From a virus (lineage: Duplodnaviria; Caudoviricetes), in the IMG/VR virus record IMGVR_UViG_3300014205_000182, positions 79,725 through 143,724 of that record: DNA of 64,000 bases; one strand, given 5' to 3'. Position numbers and translations under genes: made by a program. Within the stretch, counting starts at the first letter, position 1. Every line of letters begins with the position of its first letter. Of this stretch, positions 10,328 through 20,483 are shown one piece after another. The notes below the pieces were generated by a model. The model was not told the DNA's origin, searched no databases, and saw nothing but the letters and a program-made list of their open reading frames with translations.

Positions 10328-10930
10328 TTACTTGGTACGAGCCATCAGAACAGCACGTCGAACCCACTCGATTGGAGCAACGAACGTCAGGTTGTCCATG
10401 TCACCGAAACGCTTGATAAGTACGCCAACAGACTCACCACGGGTGTTCATGATCGGAGAACCACTTGCGCCGAAGCCGACAACAGAAGAACAGATGCCTT
10501 CGTTATCTTCATCTCGACCTGCCCAGTAACCATCAGAGATCAGGAACTTGCCACGAGGATACCCGGCTGTCCAGATACGCTCACCGATTTTTGGATCATA
10601 AAGTGCAATCTTGATAGCGTTACCACGAAGCTCGCCACGAAGCACGCACACATCATGAATGTCGTCATCCACAAGAACGGTAAAGGTTGCGCCGGCAACA
10701 GCATGCGGTCCCGATGCTGAATAGATCTCATTCATTTCGCAGCAGTGGCCAGCAGTTACTGCCAACCCGTCCGTTGTCTTCCAGACAGTGCAAGACCCGG
10801 CATCTTCTGCCAGAGCTTGTAGCTTAGCAACCGCAGGGTCAGACATAGTCGGTGCTTGACCAGGGTGCTGAGCACTGCCACAAGCAGAGCAGGCAGTGAG
10901 AAGGGCGATGACAACGGCGAGAAAATGCAT
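10328..10930 (-). CDS. trypsin-like serine protease, probable lipoprotein
   Basis: TAGHC, HDVC, GASGSP catalytic motifs; LLTAC lipobox. Confidence 0.85.
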   Translation of the reverse strand: MHFLAVVIALLTACSACGSAQHPGQAPTMSDPAVAKLQALAEDAGSCTVWKTTDGLAVTAGHCCEMNEIYSASGPHAVAGATFTVLVDDDIHDVCVLRGELRGNAIKIALYDPKIGERIWTAGYPRGKFLISDGYWAGRDEDNEGICSSVVGFGASGSPIMNTRGESVGVLIKRFGDMDNLTFVAPIEWVRRAVLMARTK

Positions 10931-10953
10931 GGGAAGCTCCTATTGAGGTAACT

Positions 10954-10972
10954 TCATAAGCTTAGCTTATGA
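10954..10972. promoter_or_regulatory. perfect inverted repeat between divergent units (possible operator)
   Basis: TCATAAGC-tta-GCTTATGA. Confidence 0.4.
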
Positions 10973-11291
10973 CTCCCATTTAGTCTTCGGAGTTTCTGGA
11001 GGACTTTGGGTGGTTTACTTCGTATGGATAACCCTGAAACCTTCGTAGCCACCCAAGATCACCCGGTTTACTGGTGTACCCGAGACGAGGTTGCTGGGGT
11101 ATTGTCGGATATTGTTGATATTTGGACAAGTCCACCAGAAAGAGTGCCCAGAGCAGATGGCGGCTGTGACTGGCTCGGCGAAGGTGTCGCACGCCTGACC
11201 TCGCGTTATGCTCAGTGGTCGCTTGCATTGTGCTTGAAGAACTGCGGAACCACACCCGACGACTCCAGGCAGTGCATCAAGGTCGGCTAAC

Positions 11292-13199
11292 ATGGCGAAT
11301 GCAGGCTGGAAACACGGATCGGCATTATCTGCCGATAAGAAGACGTGGCGTTATTTTTCACCATCGACCCTGATGTCTGGTGACTTAGGCACCACCGAAG
11401 GCTGCCTTCGTAAGGTGTATTACGAAAAGGTACTGGAACTAAAGGGACCGGAGCAGAAATGGCTTACGACGGGCAAGGATCTTCACGCCGAGAACGAAAA
11501 GTATCTGCTAACCGGTGATCGTTCGCACATGACTTCCCTGGCACTGTCGGGAATTCACATGCTACCGAAGCCACAGACTATCGATCCACGTATCAAGATC
11601 GAATGGGAAATCGCTGGCAACCTCGCCACAGCACCACTGCAAGCAGCAGGCGTGCCAATTGCCGGGTTCATCGATTGCATTCACTGGCAAGGTACGAACG
11701 CCGGGACGTCTGACATAACCGACACTATTGATCCTGAAGGCACAGTAGAAGTTATCGACTGGAAGACGACCTCCGACGCTAAGTACATCAAGTCTCCTCA
11801 GGAAGTAGCGCGCACTCTTCAGATGACGACGTACGGCAAGTGGGCTCTCGTCACACACCAGGCCGAGTGGGTACGGCTAAGTCACGGGTACTACGTGACC
11901 AAGGGTCGTCACACGACTCGTAAAGTTTCACTGCGTGTCCATAAGGATCAGATTGACGAACGTTGGGAGTACGTCGAAGCCTTGGCTGGTTCTCTGAAGG
12001 AGGCCATCAAAGAAGACAACGTAGACAAGGTCCCGGCAAACACCCGGGCTTGCGATGCCTACCGAGGATGTCCTCACCGTTCATACTGCTCTGCTGCCGC
12101 GCACAATAGCTTATCTTCCCTTTTCTCCTCGGATTTTGCATCAGCCCTACTAGGCTTGGACAAACCAGAAGTACTTACCGTAGAAAATACAGGACCAGAA
12201 AAAATGTCACTACTAGCCAAACTACAAGCTGCCACCACACCTGCACCGGGACCAAAGCCCGAGGTTGCTCTAGAAATGAAGCGACTTGCGCTCGAAGAGA
12301 TCACTGTGAAGTACCCTGGCATCGGGGACACTATCACGAAGCTTGAGACTTTAGGGCTCGGTCTACCGGTCCTTCTAGGAGAGGCTGCACGTGTTTACGC
12401 TGTCATCAAGGGTAACGCTCCTTACGCAAACGGGGAGCTAGCTGGCTTCGAGTTCGACGACCCGGCACAGCTACCAGTCGTTCTCGCAGAAGCCGAGGCG
12501 ATTGTTGCGGAGCGTGTCAAGAACGGTGTACCTGCTCCGGTGGTCGCTACGCCTGTAGCCGTAACCAGCCCGTTCCCAGAAGATGCTCCTCCTGCACAAG
12601 CTTCTCCACCTGTTGAGGAACTTCCGGCACCTCCGATCAACTCTGCTGCTGAGGCGATTGCCGCAGCGGCAAGTGATGCTCCGAAGAAGAGAGCAGGCAG
12701 GCCGAAGAAGGTTGTTGCTGCCCCTGAGGAAACGACAGCAAACGTAACCGTTGTGGTTAACGGTACTGTTACCCCGCAGGAAGTCAACAAGGCTATAGAG
12801 ACTGGGCAGTCAGTAGCCAAGACCATTCTTATTGACTCGGCTGAGCACGTCACTAACGTGGCAGCTGAAAGCTCAGCAGGAATCAACCTCTTCGTCGACT
12901 GCGTTCCCAGCTGCAAGTACGAATCGTTCTGGCCATATGTCGACCGTATCACCAAGGCCATGGCCAAGGAGTATGGTGGCGTTGACTACCGTGCAGCGGA
13001 TAACGACAAGCCAACAGCCTTCGGTAAGTACAAAGGGTTTTTGGCACACGGACTTCGTACCCTTGCTCAGGCTGGTGAGATCCCAGCCGGTAATTACGTA
13101 CTGGACGGGGCCCGAACAGAGACTGGTGGTGTAGTTGTGGAGGCTATGAGAGATATTGTTGCACAGTCGGGTGGACTCTTGGTTCGTGGCATCATGTGA
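11292..13199 (+). CDS. Cas4/AddB-like PD-(D/E)XK exonuclease with long Pro/Ala-rich C-terminal half
   Basis: GCLRK, GFID, IDWKT, QxxxY, C..Y.GCP...C Fe-S cysteines. Confidence 0.85.
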   Translation: MANAGWKHGSALSADKKTWRYFSPSTLMSGDLGTTEGCLRKVYYEKVLELKGPEQKWLTTGKDLHAENEKYLLTGDRSHMTSLALSGIHMLPKPQTIDPRIKIEWEIAGNLATAPLQAAGVPIAGFIDCIHWQGTNAGTSDITDTIDPEGTVEVIDWKTTSDAKYIKSPQEVARTLQMTTYGKWALVTHQAEWVRLSHGYYVTKGRHTTRKVSLRVHKDQIDERWEYVEALAGSLKEAIKEDNVDKVPANTRACDAYRGCPHRSYCSAAAHNSLSSLFSSDFASALLGLDKPEVLTVENTGPEKMSLLAKLQAATTPAPGPKPEVALEMKRLALEEITVKYPGIGDTITKLETLGLGLPVLLGEAARVYAVIKGNAPYANGELAGFEFDDPAQLPVVLAEAEAIVAERVKNGVPAPVVATPVAVTSPFPEDAPPAQASPPVEELPAPPINSAAEAIAAAASDAPKKRAGRPKKVVAAPEETTANVTVVVNGTVTPQEVNKAIETGQSVAKTILIDSAEHVTNVAAESSAGINLFVDCVPSCKYESFWPYVDRITKAMAKEYGGVDYRAADNDKPTAFGKYKGFLAHGLRTLAQAGEIPAGNYVLDGARTETGGVVVEAMRDIVAQSGGLLVRGIM

Positions 13200-13714
13200 A
13201 GCACGGGACAGGAGGTTATCGTAAAGGGTGTCGTTGTACTTTGTGTAGAGAATCACATTCAACCTACATGAAAAACTACAATGACACTAATAAGAAACGA
13301 GATAGTAATCGTACATGGATGGCAACAAATAGAGCTGCCTATCCAGAAAAATCCAGACTGTATCAGGCTCAGATGAACTCAAAATACGTGGCAAACGGGC
13401 AGAAGCGACGTAACCGCTTGTTGACTGATTATGGTTTGACTCAATCTCAAGTTGACCAGATGCTTGCAGCTTGCAACTATACTTGTGTGATCTGCAAAGA
13501 GCCGTTTAAAGCACTCACTGGTAAATCAGGCCCACACATCGATCACATCCACGGTACCAAAATTGTTAGAGGTTTGTTACACGGTCGCTGCAATACAGCA
13601 CTCGGCTCTCTAAGAGACGATCCGGTGGTAATGAGGCGTGCAATCCGATACATCGAAACACAAGGTAAAGAAACAGAAGATGCAGAACTCGAATTATATG
13701 AAGGGACTATATAA
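13196..13714 (+). CDS. endonuclease VII-family (putative homing) endonuclease
   Basis: YGLT, CVIC, HIDHIH...VRGLL..CN.ALG. Confidence 0.85.
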   Translation: MKHGTGGYRKGCRCTLCRESHSTYMKNYNDTNKKRDSNRTWMATNRAAYPEKSRLYQAQMNSKYVANGQKRRNRLLTDYGLTQSQVDQMLAACNYTCVICKEPFKALTGKSGPHIDHIHGTKIVRGLLHGRCNTALGSLRDDPVVMRRAIRYIETQGKETEDAELELYEGTI

Positions 13715-13928
13715 TGCTGTACCGTGAATTACGTGCTTCGCGCATGATTGCACTTCTTGCTCAGATGGGCATCAAGTCCGCCGTCGATATGTCCCTTGAG
13801 GACGCTTGTCGCTCGTACTCTCGCCTTCGAAGAGGCGTCGAGAATATTGGTGTCCCGATGTCGCCAGCCGTTCTGGCTCATAAGAGCCGTCAGCGTCGCA
13901 GGGCTCGACAGACTCATAGGGGTAAGCG

Positions 13929-14339
13929 GTGAAGTCCCGAGGCATCGACACTCTAGACGCTGTGCGTGAGTTCCACGAGAAATGCGACCAGCCCATTCAT
14001 CACCTTCCTTATCTGGACGACGAAGAGGTTAACGAACTTCGACTGGACTTACTTTACGAGGAATTGAACGAGCTAAAGACTGCTCTAAAGGACGGAAATG
14101 AAGCGGCTGTTCTCGATGCTCTCACGGATATTCAGTACGTCCTCGACGGTACTTATCTCTCCCTCGGGTTTCATGGGATGAAGGAAGCTGCTTTCAGAGA
14201 AATCCATCGATCAAATCTGAGCAAACTCGAAAACGGCAAAGTGCTCAAGAGAGCCGACGGGAAGGTCCTAAAAGGCAAATCCTATCGTCCACCGAACCTA
14301 GCCCCAATTCTGGAAGCAGCGTATGCAGACGATCGATGA
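13929..14339 (+). CDS. MazG-like/PRA-PH nucleotide pyrophosphohydrolase
   Basis: EELNEL, DALTDIQYV, IHRSNLSK, KVLKG..Y.PP. Confidence 0.85.
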   Translation: MKSRGIDTLDAVREFHEKCDQPIHHLPYLDDEEVNELRLDLLYEELNELKTALKDGNEAAVLDALTDIQYVLDGTYLSLGFHGMKEAAFREIHRSNLSKLENGKVLKRADGKVLKGKSYRPPNLAPILEAAYADDR

Positions 14340-15026
14340 AACTCTGGACCTCGCAATCACTCTTCTGGAGCGTGGTGCGACTGGGGATACTGAGCAGCTG
14401 GCTAGTTGGGTTGTCGATAACCTTGTACATGTTCTGGACGAGCTTCGTTCAGGTTCACTCTCTGTTTGTGAAGTAGCTAACTACAAGGTTTGTAGGGTAG
14501 GCGAGCAGATTGGCATTGTAGTGAGGGAGAAGCCAGATTTAATGCGATCAGAGCAAGCCAGAATGCTAGCCGCCGCTCTTCTTAGAGCAGCCGAGATGGC
14601 AGATTTAGAGGCAGCAGGTGAAAGCAAGATGGGAGGATCAGATGTTTAAGAAGGGTCAGAAGGTAGTCAAAGTAATCAACGTGAAGGGTAATAAGTCGGC
14701 GACTGAAGCAATCGTGGAGAGTGTCCGTAAGGGAATTGTACGTTTAGCTGATTCTGGACTAGAGTATACGGAGTCTGGCGCTGAGATCGATCCTCCGATG
14801 ATCACGATGGGCATTTACTCCGAGATCATTAGATACGACGGAGAGTGATGCAAGCTAGGTGTCCGACCTGCGATACTCTACAACAGGTTACGCAAACCGG
14901 CGTAGCTGTAAAGTATCGAACAGATTCTGATTTCTCGCGTATTCCAGACGGACGTACGTGTTATTGGCGTATCTGTAATCATAAAGATGAGAACGGTGAG
15001 TCATGTGAGGGCTCTGGAAAGCGTGT

Positions 15027-17120
15027 ATGACGTTAGCTGAAATCCTAGCCAACCTGTCGAAGGAAGTAGAGAGCCCGAAGCCTGCACCCCAGCCTTCGGG
15101 TTTTAAGCTTTCAGACGCTGTTGCTGATCCGATGTGTGCGCCATTCGGCTGGCAAACCGAGGCGCCCGATGACCTGTTTCGTCGTGGCGACCCTGTTGGG
15201 GATTCGGCTGACCTCCAGCGCATTCTTGCGTTGCCTCGTCGTCCGCAGCTTGACCTGACCTCTGCAACCGCCGAGGCGATGGTCGAGCTTGAGATGCAGA
15301 AGTACGCTCGGACCGATAACATCGGGCAGTGTCGCTGCAAGAGTATCGACCCTCGCAAGGGCTGTATCACGCGATTACTGCCGGCTCAAGCGTGGATTCT
15401 GCGTGAAGTCTCGATGAACCAAGGATTACTGGCACATGCATCCGTCGGACTTGGCAAGACCCTCCTCAACATCCTAGCCGGCCTAGCACTCACGAACGTC
15501 AACACGATCCTTCTTCTAGTTCCAGCTAGCTTACGCGATCAGATCCAGCACGACTATCAGCTGATTGCCCAACACTTTATCGTGCCCGGGTTTGTCATGC
15601 ATATCGGCGTCGAGAAGCCGTTGTACCCGACCGGAAAGATCCCCGGTCGTCCCACGCTCCACGTACTCCCATACTCACGTCTGTCGATGCCTGAGGAGAG
15701 CGACTTTCTTCAGCGTCTTCAGCCAGATGCCATCATCTCGGACGAGTGCGACAGTATTCGTGCGATGACCTCTTCCAGAGGTATCCGCATCGCGAAGTGG
15801 TTCGCGGGCGGAACGACGCCAGAGGAACGTGCCAAGCGAATGGCAACGAAGTTTCTCGGCTGGACCGGTTCGCTAACCGACTCCTCAATCACCGAGTTCA
15901 ACTACCTGGCTCTGTTTGCTCTCCGTGACAAATCGCCGCTACCCCTCGACCCCAACACAGTCATCGAGTGGTCGCGCTGTCTCGACGCTACCGGCAACGC
16001 CAGCCCACCCGGCGAGCTAAAGCGCTTCTGTTCGCCTGGCGAGAACGTGCGCCATGCGGTTCGTCGTCGGCTTGCTGAGACTCCGGGGTTTATTATCGCC
16101 AACCAGACCGAGATCGAAGTAACGGGCGGTGAGGGCTTTGTGCAGAACTCGATCTCCGAGAAAGAGGCGCCGCCGTTGCCCGAGATTATCGAGGAAGCAC
16201 TGGCGATGATCCGAAACGACGGCGTTCGTCCCGACTCACTAATCAGCCGAGTCAGGCCAGATATCGCCGAGATGATGGGCGACGACCTGCTCCTCGACGA
16301 GACCCTTGAGGACGCGATGGCTATTGCTCGCGCTGCTCAGGAAGTATCGGTCGGTGTTCTGTATTTTTGGAAGTACCCTAACCGCGAACCACGCACTCTG
16401 ATCAAGGAGTGGCTGCTGAAGCGTCGTGACTACAATCGCGAAATTCGCGAGAAGACGCTAGAGGGTGAAACGTACCTCGACTCGGCGAAGCTTTGCGAAT
16501 CAGCTGCCCAGCGGTTCTGGGGTGACGAGCAGAAGCGTGACGACCGGCCTGAGTGGCGTTGCGAATCCTGGCCAGCCTGGAAGGAAATCAGGAACAAGGT
16601 CAAACCACAGACGGACTCTTGCGTGCTGCACGACTTCCTGTGTGTTGACGCTGCCGAGTGGGCCAAGGAACGCCCTGGGATTCTCTGGTACCGCATGCGT
16701 GCTCTTGCTGTGCGAATCCAGGAGCTAACCGGGCTTCCGATCCACGACGGCGGTCCGAAGGGTGGTCTGCGTCTGATGGCAGAGCGTGGAGACCGCTCTA
16801 TCATTTGCTCGATCGACTCTAACGGTCGTGGTCGAGACGGCTTGCAGCTTTCGTTTGATCGCCAGCTGCTGATTAACTGCCCGGCGTCTGCAACGAGGAC
16901 GGAACAGCTGCTTGGTCGTGCTCACCGAAGAGGTCAGAAGTCTTCGCTAGTTACGACGGAGATCTATCTGCATACGCCAGAGCTTCGCAAGGCGTTGAAG
17001 CAGGCTGTGCGTAGGTCTAGGTTCGTGCGTGACATTCTAGGGGCCGATCAGAAGCTGCTGAATGGTGCTGACGCGGCGCTGCTTGGGCCTGAAGATGACG
17101 GGGAGTCCTCGGAAGACTAG
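15027..17120 (+). CDS. SF2 (SNF2-like) helicase
   Basis: VGLGKT, DECD, TGS, EQLLGRAHRRGQ. Confidence 0.85.
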   Translation: MTLAEILANLSKEVESPKPAPQPSGFKLSDAVADPMCAPFGWQTEAPDDLFRRGDPVGDSADLQRILALPRRPQLDLTSATAEAMVELEMQKYARTDNIGQCRCKSIDPRKGCITRLLPAQAWILREVSMNQGLLAHASVGLGKTLLNILAGLALTNVNTILLLVPASLRDQIQHDYQLIAQHFIVPGFVMHIGVEKPLYPTGKIPGRPTLHVLPYSRLSMPEESDFLQRLQPDAIISDECDSIRAMTSSRGIRIAKWFAGGTTPEERAKRMATKFLGWTGSLTDSSITEFNYLALFALRDKSPLPLDPNTVIEWSRCLDATGNASPPGELKRFCSPGENVRHAVRRRLAETPGFIIANQTEIEVTGGEGFVQNSISEKEAPPLPEIIEEALAMIRNDGVRPDSLISRVRPDIAEMMGDDLLLDETLEDAMAIARAAQEVSVGVLYFWKYPNREPRTLIKEWLLKRRDYNREIREKTLEGETYLDSAKLCESAAQRFWGDEQKRDDRPEWRCESWPAWKEIRNKVKPQTDSCVLHDFLCVDAAEWAKERPGILWYRMRALAVRIQELTGLPIHDGGPKGGLRLMAERGDRSIICSIDSNGRGRDGLQLSFDRQLLINCPASATRTEQLLGRAHRRGQKSSLVTTEIYLHTPELRKALKQAVRRSRFVRDILGADQKLLNGADAALLGPEDDGESSED

Positions 17121-17174
17121 GATGGTTCTCTACTAAGAACGGCAACAGACGCCGTAGAAAAGAAGAGAACAAAG

Positions 17175-17795
17175 ATGAGTGATGTACTAGTTAATGCGTT
17201 TCTTGGTGCCGAAAATGCGAAGGCTCTCAATAGCTTCTCGCCAAACTTTGCGAACGGTGAGCACACTGTGCTCCTGAAGCGATTCAATGTCAAGGAATCG
17301 GCCAAGGGTAAGGGTAAGATTGTTGAGGCGGATTTCCATATCCTAGCCTCTAACACCGAGCCTGTGGATGCCACCCGTGGCTGGCCGTGGTTCATTGGCG
17401 CTGCCGGTTGGCAGGGCACGTATGCTGAGGCTCGCCTCAAGGAGTTCTTGACCGCTGTCGCTGCTTGTATCGGTGATACTAGCCCGATCTCTCAGATCGG
17501 TGCCATGCTCGCTGGCCCTGCACAGGCAGGTCGTGGCCTTGCCATCAAGGTTCATGTCTTTGACGGTAAGCCGAAGAAGGCACCGGCTACTGGTTTCTAC
17601 CAGGAGATTCGCTGGATCCCGGTGACCCAGACGATGGAAGACATCAAGGCCGGTCGAGCCCTGCTCGATGGTGACGGTGCCGCTGCTCCTGCACCAGCGC
17701 CTGTCCAGGCTGCTCCAGTACAGCAGGTTGCTCCTACGCCCGCACCGGCACCCGCTGGAAACACGTCAAGCTTTCTCGCTGCTCTGAAGCGATAG
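17175..17795 (+). CDS. putative ssDNA-binding/replication protein
   Basis: beta-rich core with Pro/Ala tail, in replication module; function inferred. Confidence 0.4.
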   Translation: MSDVLVNAFLGAENAKALNSFSPNFANGEHTVLLKRFNVKESAKGKGKIVEADFHILASNTEPVDATRGWPWFIGAAGWQGTYAEARLKEFLTAVAACIGDTSPISQIGAMLAGPAQAGRGLAIKVHVFDGKPKKAPATGFYQEIRWIPVTQTMEDIKAGRALLDGDGAAAPAPAPVQAAPVQQVAPTPAPAPAGNTSSFLAALKR

Positions 17796-17816
17796 GAACA
17801 ACCGACAGGTTGCCCC

Positions 17817-17845
17817 TTGACACCACCCACCAGGGTGGTTACTGT
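17817..17845 (+). promoter_or_regulatory. sigma70-type promoter for ncRNA locus 1
   Basis: TTGACA-N17-TACTGT; predicted start near 17851-17852 matches first RNA stem. Confidence 0.75.
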
Positions 17846-17851
17846 ATCTGA

Positions 17852-17927
17852 GTCACCAAGCATGGTACCTGAGGAGATCTCAGGGCACGACCAAGTTGTT
17901 CTTCGTTCGCATGAAACACTTGGTGAC
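17852..17927 (+). ncRNA. unknown structured RNA (RNA X)
   Basis: 9-bp closing stem GTCACCAAG/CTTGGTGAC enclosing CCTGAG/CTCAGG hairpin; non-coding, at predicted TSS. Confidence 0.55.
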
Positions 17928-17932
17928 GATTA

Positions 17933-18008
17933 GGTGAGGTACGCTAAGTTAAAGCGGCGGGCACTATAAAGCCCGTGTTTGGTGGTTCATGTCCATCCCT
18001 CACCACCA
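17933..18008 (+). tRNA. atypical tRNA/tRNA-like RNA, 8-nt anticodon loop, identity undetermined
   Basis: acceptor GGTGAGG/CCTCACC + A-CCA; D stem CGCT/AGCG; stem CGGGC/GCCCG with loop ACTATAAA; T arm GGTGG-TTCATGT-CCATC; no D-loop GG. Confidence 0.75.
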
Positions 18009-18092
18009 TCCGATAGTGATGCTAGCGGTTACTTCTTTGTCTAAGGACGGGTTCTTCGGGACCCGTAAATACCCGCTGCGATTTTCTTCGGA
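18009..18092 (+). ncRNA. Y-RNA-like scaffold copy 4
   Basis: TCCGA/TCGGA closing stem, TAGTGA, TAGCGG/CCGCTG, TTACTTCT, UUCG hairpin insert; same consensus as 27-kb copies. Confidence 0.7.
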
Positions 18093-18323
18093 CTAATTTA
18101 TGAGCATCCCAAACTACTATAACGACGGGCATACTGCCAGCGCAGAGATGAAGCGCGACCTTGCACGTGTTCGCCTGGCTAAGCCAGAGCGCTACCTAAC
18201 TCGCAAGGTGAAGGAACAGCGGCATTCAACCGAAGGTACGGTCGACGTTGTCGTCAACCGCGAGCCTGATTCGTTGGCGATGGGGCGTCGTGCGCGACAC
18301 GAGTTCTGGACCAGGAGAGCTAA

Positions 18324-18773
18324 ATGAGCGTCTTCGATACTTCTGATGTGGCTGGTGAGCATGCTCCTTATTTCAAGGAGATCGAGCGGCTGGAGATGTC
18401 AAACCAGCGACTCATTGCAGAGCTAGGGCGCATTGCCGAAGCTCTGGGTGTTGAACCGTCTATGGTTAAGGTTCTCGGTAAGATTCAGGAACTTCAAGAC
18501 CGGCAGGTTGAGGTTTGTTACCGATCTAGACACGTTATCTACAGTAACAAAGCAGCAGCCGAAGAAGATGCTGCGTATTACAACGGCCAACCAGACGACG
18601 TGGTCCCTGTGTTTAAGGTGTCACCTACACTTTATTATGAGAAGGCGTACACTACGACCAGCACTCACGGTATCAAGGTATTCTCGACTTTCGACGATTA
18701 TCTGAAAGCTATCGCACTTGGTACCTTGACACCGCGCCAAAAAGTCTTACTAGGGTTGCAGGAGAAAGAATAA
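18324..18773 (+). CDS. hypothetical protein
   Basis: coupled ORF. Confidence 0.55.
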   Translation: MSVFDTSDVAGEHAPYFKEIERLEMSNQRLIAELGRIAEALGVEPSMVKVLGKIQELQDRQVEVCYRSRHVIYSNKAAAEEDAAYYNGQPDDVVPVFKVSPTLYYEKAYTTTSTHGIKVFSTFDDYLKAIALGTLTPRQKVLLGLQEKE

Positions 18774-19036
18774 TGAAGAAGCTAATACTAGTAGCAGTAC
18801 TGCTAAGCGGTTGTAAAAAGGTTGAACGTCCGAATACGCCACCGCCAATTGCGGACGGTAAGTGCCTGGCTGACAAGTATGTTGGCGCGACTGCAATGAA
18901 GCAGTCTTGCCTATACGTCGGCTACAACTGGTCGTGTGCGTATGACGCTGGTATCTATTCGTGTGATCGTGGGACTGAAGCAAGTGGAGAGCGCGTTACA
19001 ACGCCCGTAACAGAAATTCTAGGAGCAACAAAGTGA
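18773..19036 (+). CDS. putative lipoprotein
   Basis: MKKLILVAVLLSGC lipobox. Confidence 0.65.
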   Translation: MKKLILVAVLLSGCKKVERPNTPPPIADGKCLADKYVGATAMKQSCLYVGYNWSCAYDAGIYSCDRGTEASGERVTTPVTEILGATK

Positions 19037-20019
19037 ATAAGACAGAAGTGACAATCGTAGCCGATCTCTCGGGGTCAATGCAGGGTAACAAGGAGTACAA
19101 GCTCCGTCAGATGGTTAGCCAGCTGATCCAGCAACTTGCGAACGAAGAGGCGAAGGGCAACCAGCTTTTCGAAGTTCGTTTGCTTCCATTCTCTACCAGC
19201 GCTCAGGTCTGGGGACCGTGGCCGGCTTCTGCCGCTGCTGGCCAGGTCGAGAGGCTGAACACGCGCTCTCCGTTCGGTCAGGGTACGGCGTTGATTGACG
19301 CTATCGGCAAGGCCCTCGAATCGTTCAACGGCAAGACGCCCGCGATCATCGCAATCTTCTCCGACGGCCAGGAGATGCACAGCACGATCTACAGTGCTTC
19401 TCGCCTCAAGGCTGCGGTCGCCATCAAGGAAGCGACCGGGAACCTCACCCTGACGTTTGCCGGCCCTGACAGCGCACGCCACATGCTGCGCAACATCGGC
19501 CTGCCTGAGGGCAACTTCCAGTCGTGGGATGGTTCTGAGCGTGCAATGCAGGAGACTGTCCAGCGCACGACGTCCAGCATGGACAACTACATCCAGGATC
19601 GTTCGAAGGGTGTTACCCGTTCGGCACGCTTCTACGCCGACCCAGGCGACGTTTCTGTCTCGGCAGTTCGCGGTATGACCAAGAAGGTCACTCCTAGCGA
19701 AGTGCGCAAGGTAACGGCGAAGATGGACGGTCGTGCCATCTCGGACTTCTACGGCTCGAAGTTCGACCCGGGCAACCACTACTACGAGCTTGTCAAGCCT
19801 GAGTACATCCAGGATGGCAAGGAGCTTGTGATCCTCGTCAAGTCGTCGAACGAGTATCGCCTGGGCTCTCGTGCGGTTCGCTCTCTGCTCGGTCTTCCGG
19901 AGACCGGTAAAGTTCGTGTTCACCCGGGACCACACAATGACAAGTACCAGATCTTCGTCCAGTCTAGCTCGATGAACCGTAAGGTTGTCGAGGGCCAGAC
20001 GATGATCACGGTGAAGTGA
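19033..20019 (+). CDS. vWA domain protein
   Basis: MIDAS DLSGSM, GTALIDA, FSDG.E. Confidence 0.85.
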   Translation: MNKTEVTIVADLSGSMQGNKEYKLRQMVSQLIQQLANEEAKGNQLFEVRLLPFSTSAQVWGPWPASAAAGQVERLNTRSPFGQGTALIDAIGKALESFNGKTPAIIAIFSDGQEMHSTIYSASRLKAAVAIKEATGNLTLTFAGPDSARHMLRNIGLPEGNFQSWDGSERAMQETVQRTTSSMDNYIQDRSKGVTRSARFYADPGDVSVSAVRGMTKKVTPSEVRKVTAKMDGRAISDFYGSKFDPGNHYYELVKPEYIQDGKELVILVKSSNEYRLGSRAVRSLLGLPETGKVRVHPGPHNDKYQIFVQSSSMNRKVVEGQTMITVK

Positions 20020-20483
20020 TGACTGAATCCGGCTGGCTCATTGAGCGCTACGATCGCAACGAACAGCCGATGTACTGGTGCGGACTACTAATCACCGGTA
20101 ATGTGTGGTCCTACGACAGTTCGAACGCCGTTCGCTTCTCACGCGAAATTGACGCCGACACTGTCGCGAGGAATTTACCTTCACCATCTGGTACAGCCCA
20201 CGAACACGTGTGGATTGATTTGGAGCTTTAATGCTAACACTGATCTTTCTTATGGTTCTAATCCTTGGCTCTGTGATCTCGCAGACAATGCGCGAAGAGG
20301 TCTTCAGGCCTAGTTTTAGCCTTGGTCGAGTAGTGACTTACTTTATCGCTTTCGAGACGATTGAGAGGATCCCATTCAAGTCGTATGATACGATCACCTC
20401 CGTCGCTGTCTGGATCTTCGCACTGCTAGTCTTTACTATCGCGCTAGTTCTCGTCCAGAAGGGCGAGGACTACTGGTGGAAGC

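Noticed and set aside
17852-17927. Hammerhead ribozyme in RNA X (CTGAGGA ... GAAAC)
   Set aside because: No stem II between the motifs and no correctly placed UH cleavage site; CTGAG is paired in a hairpin.
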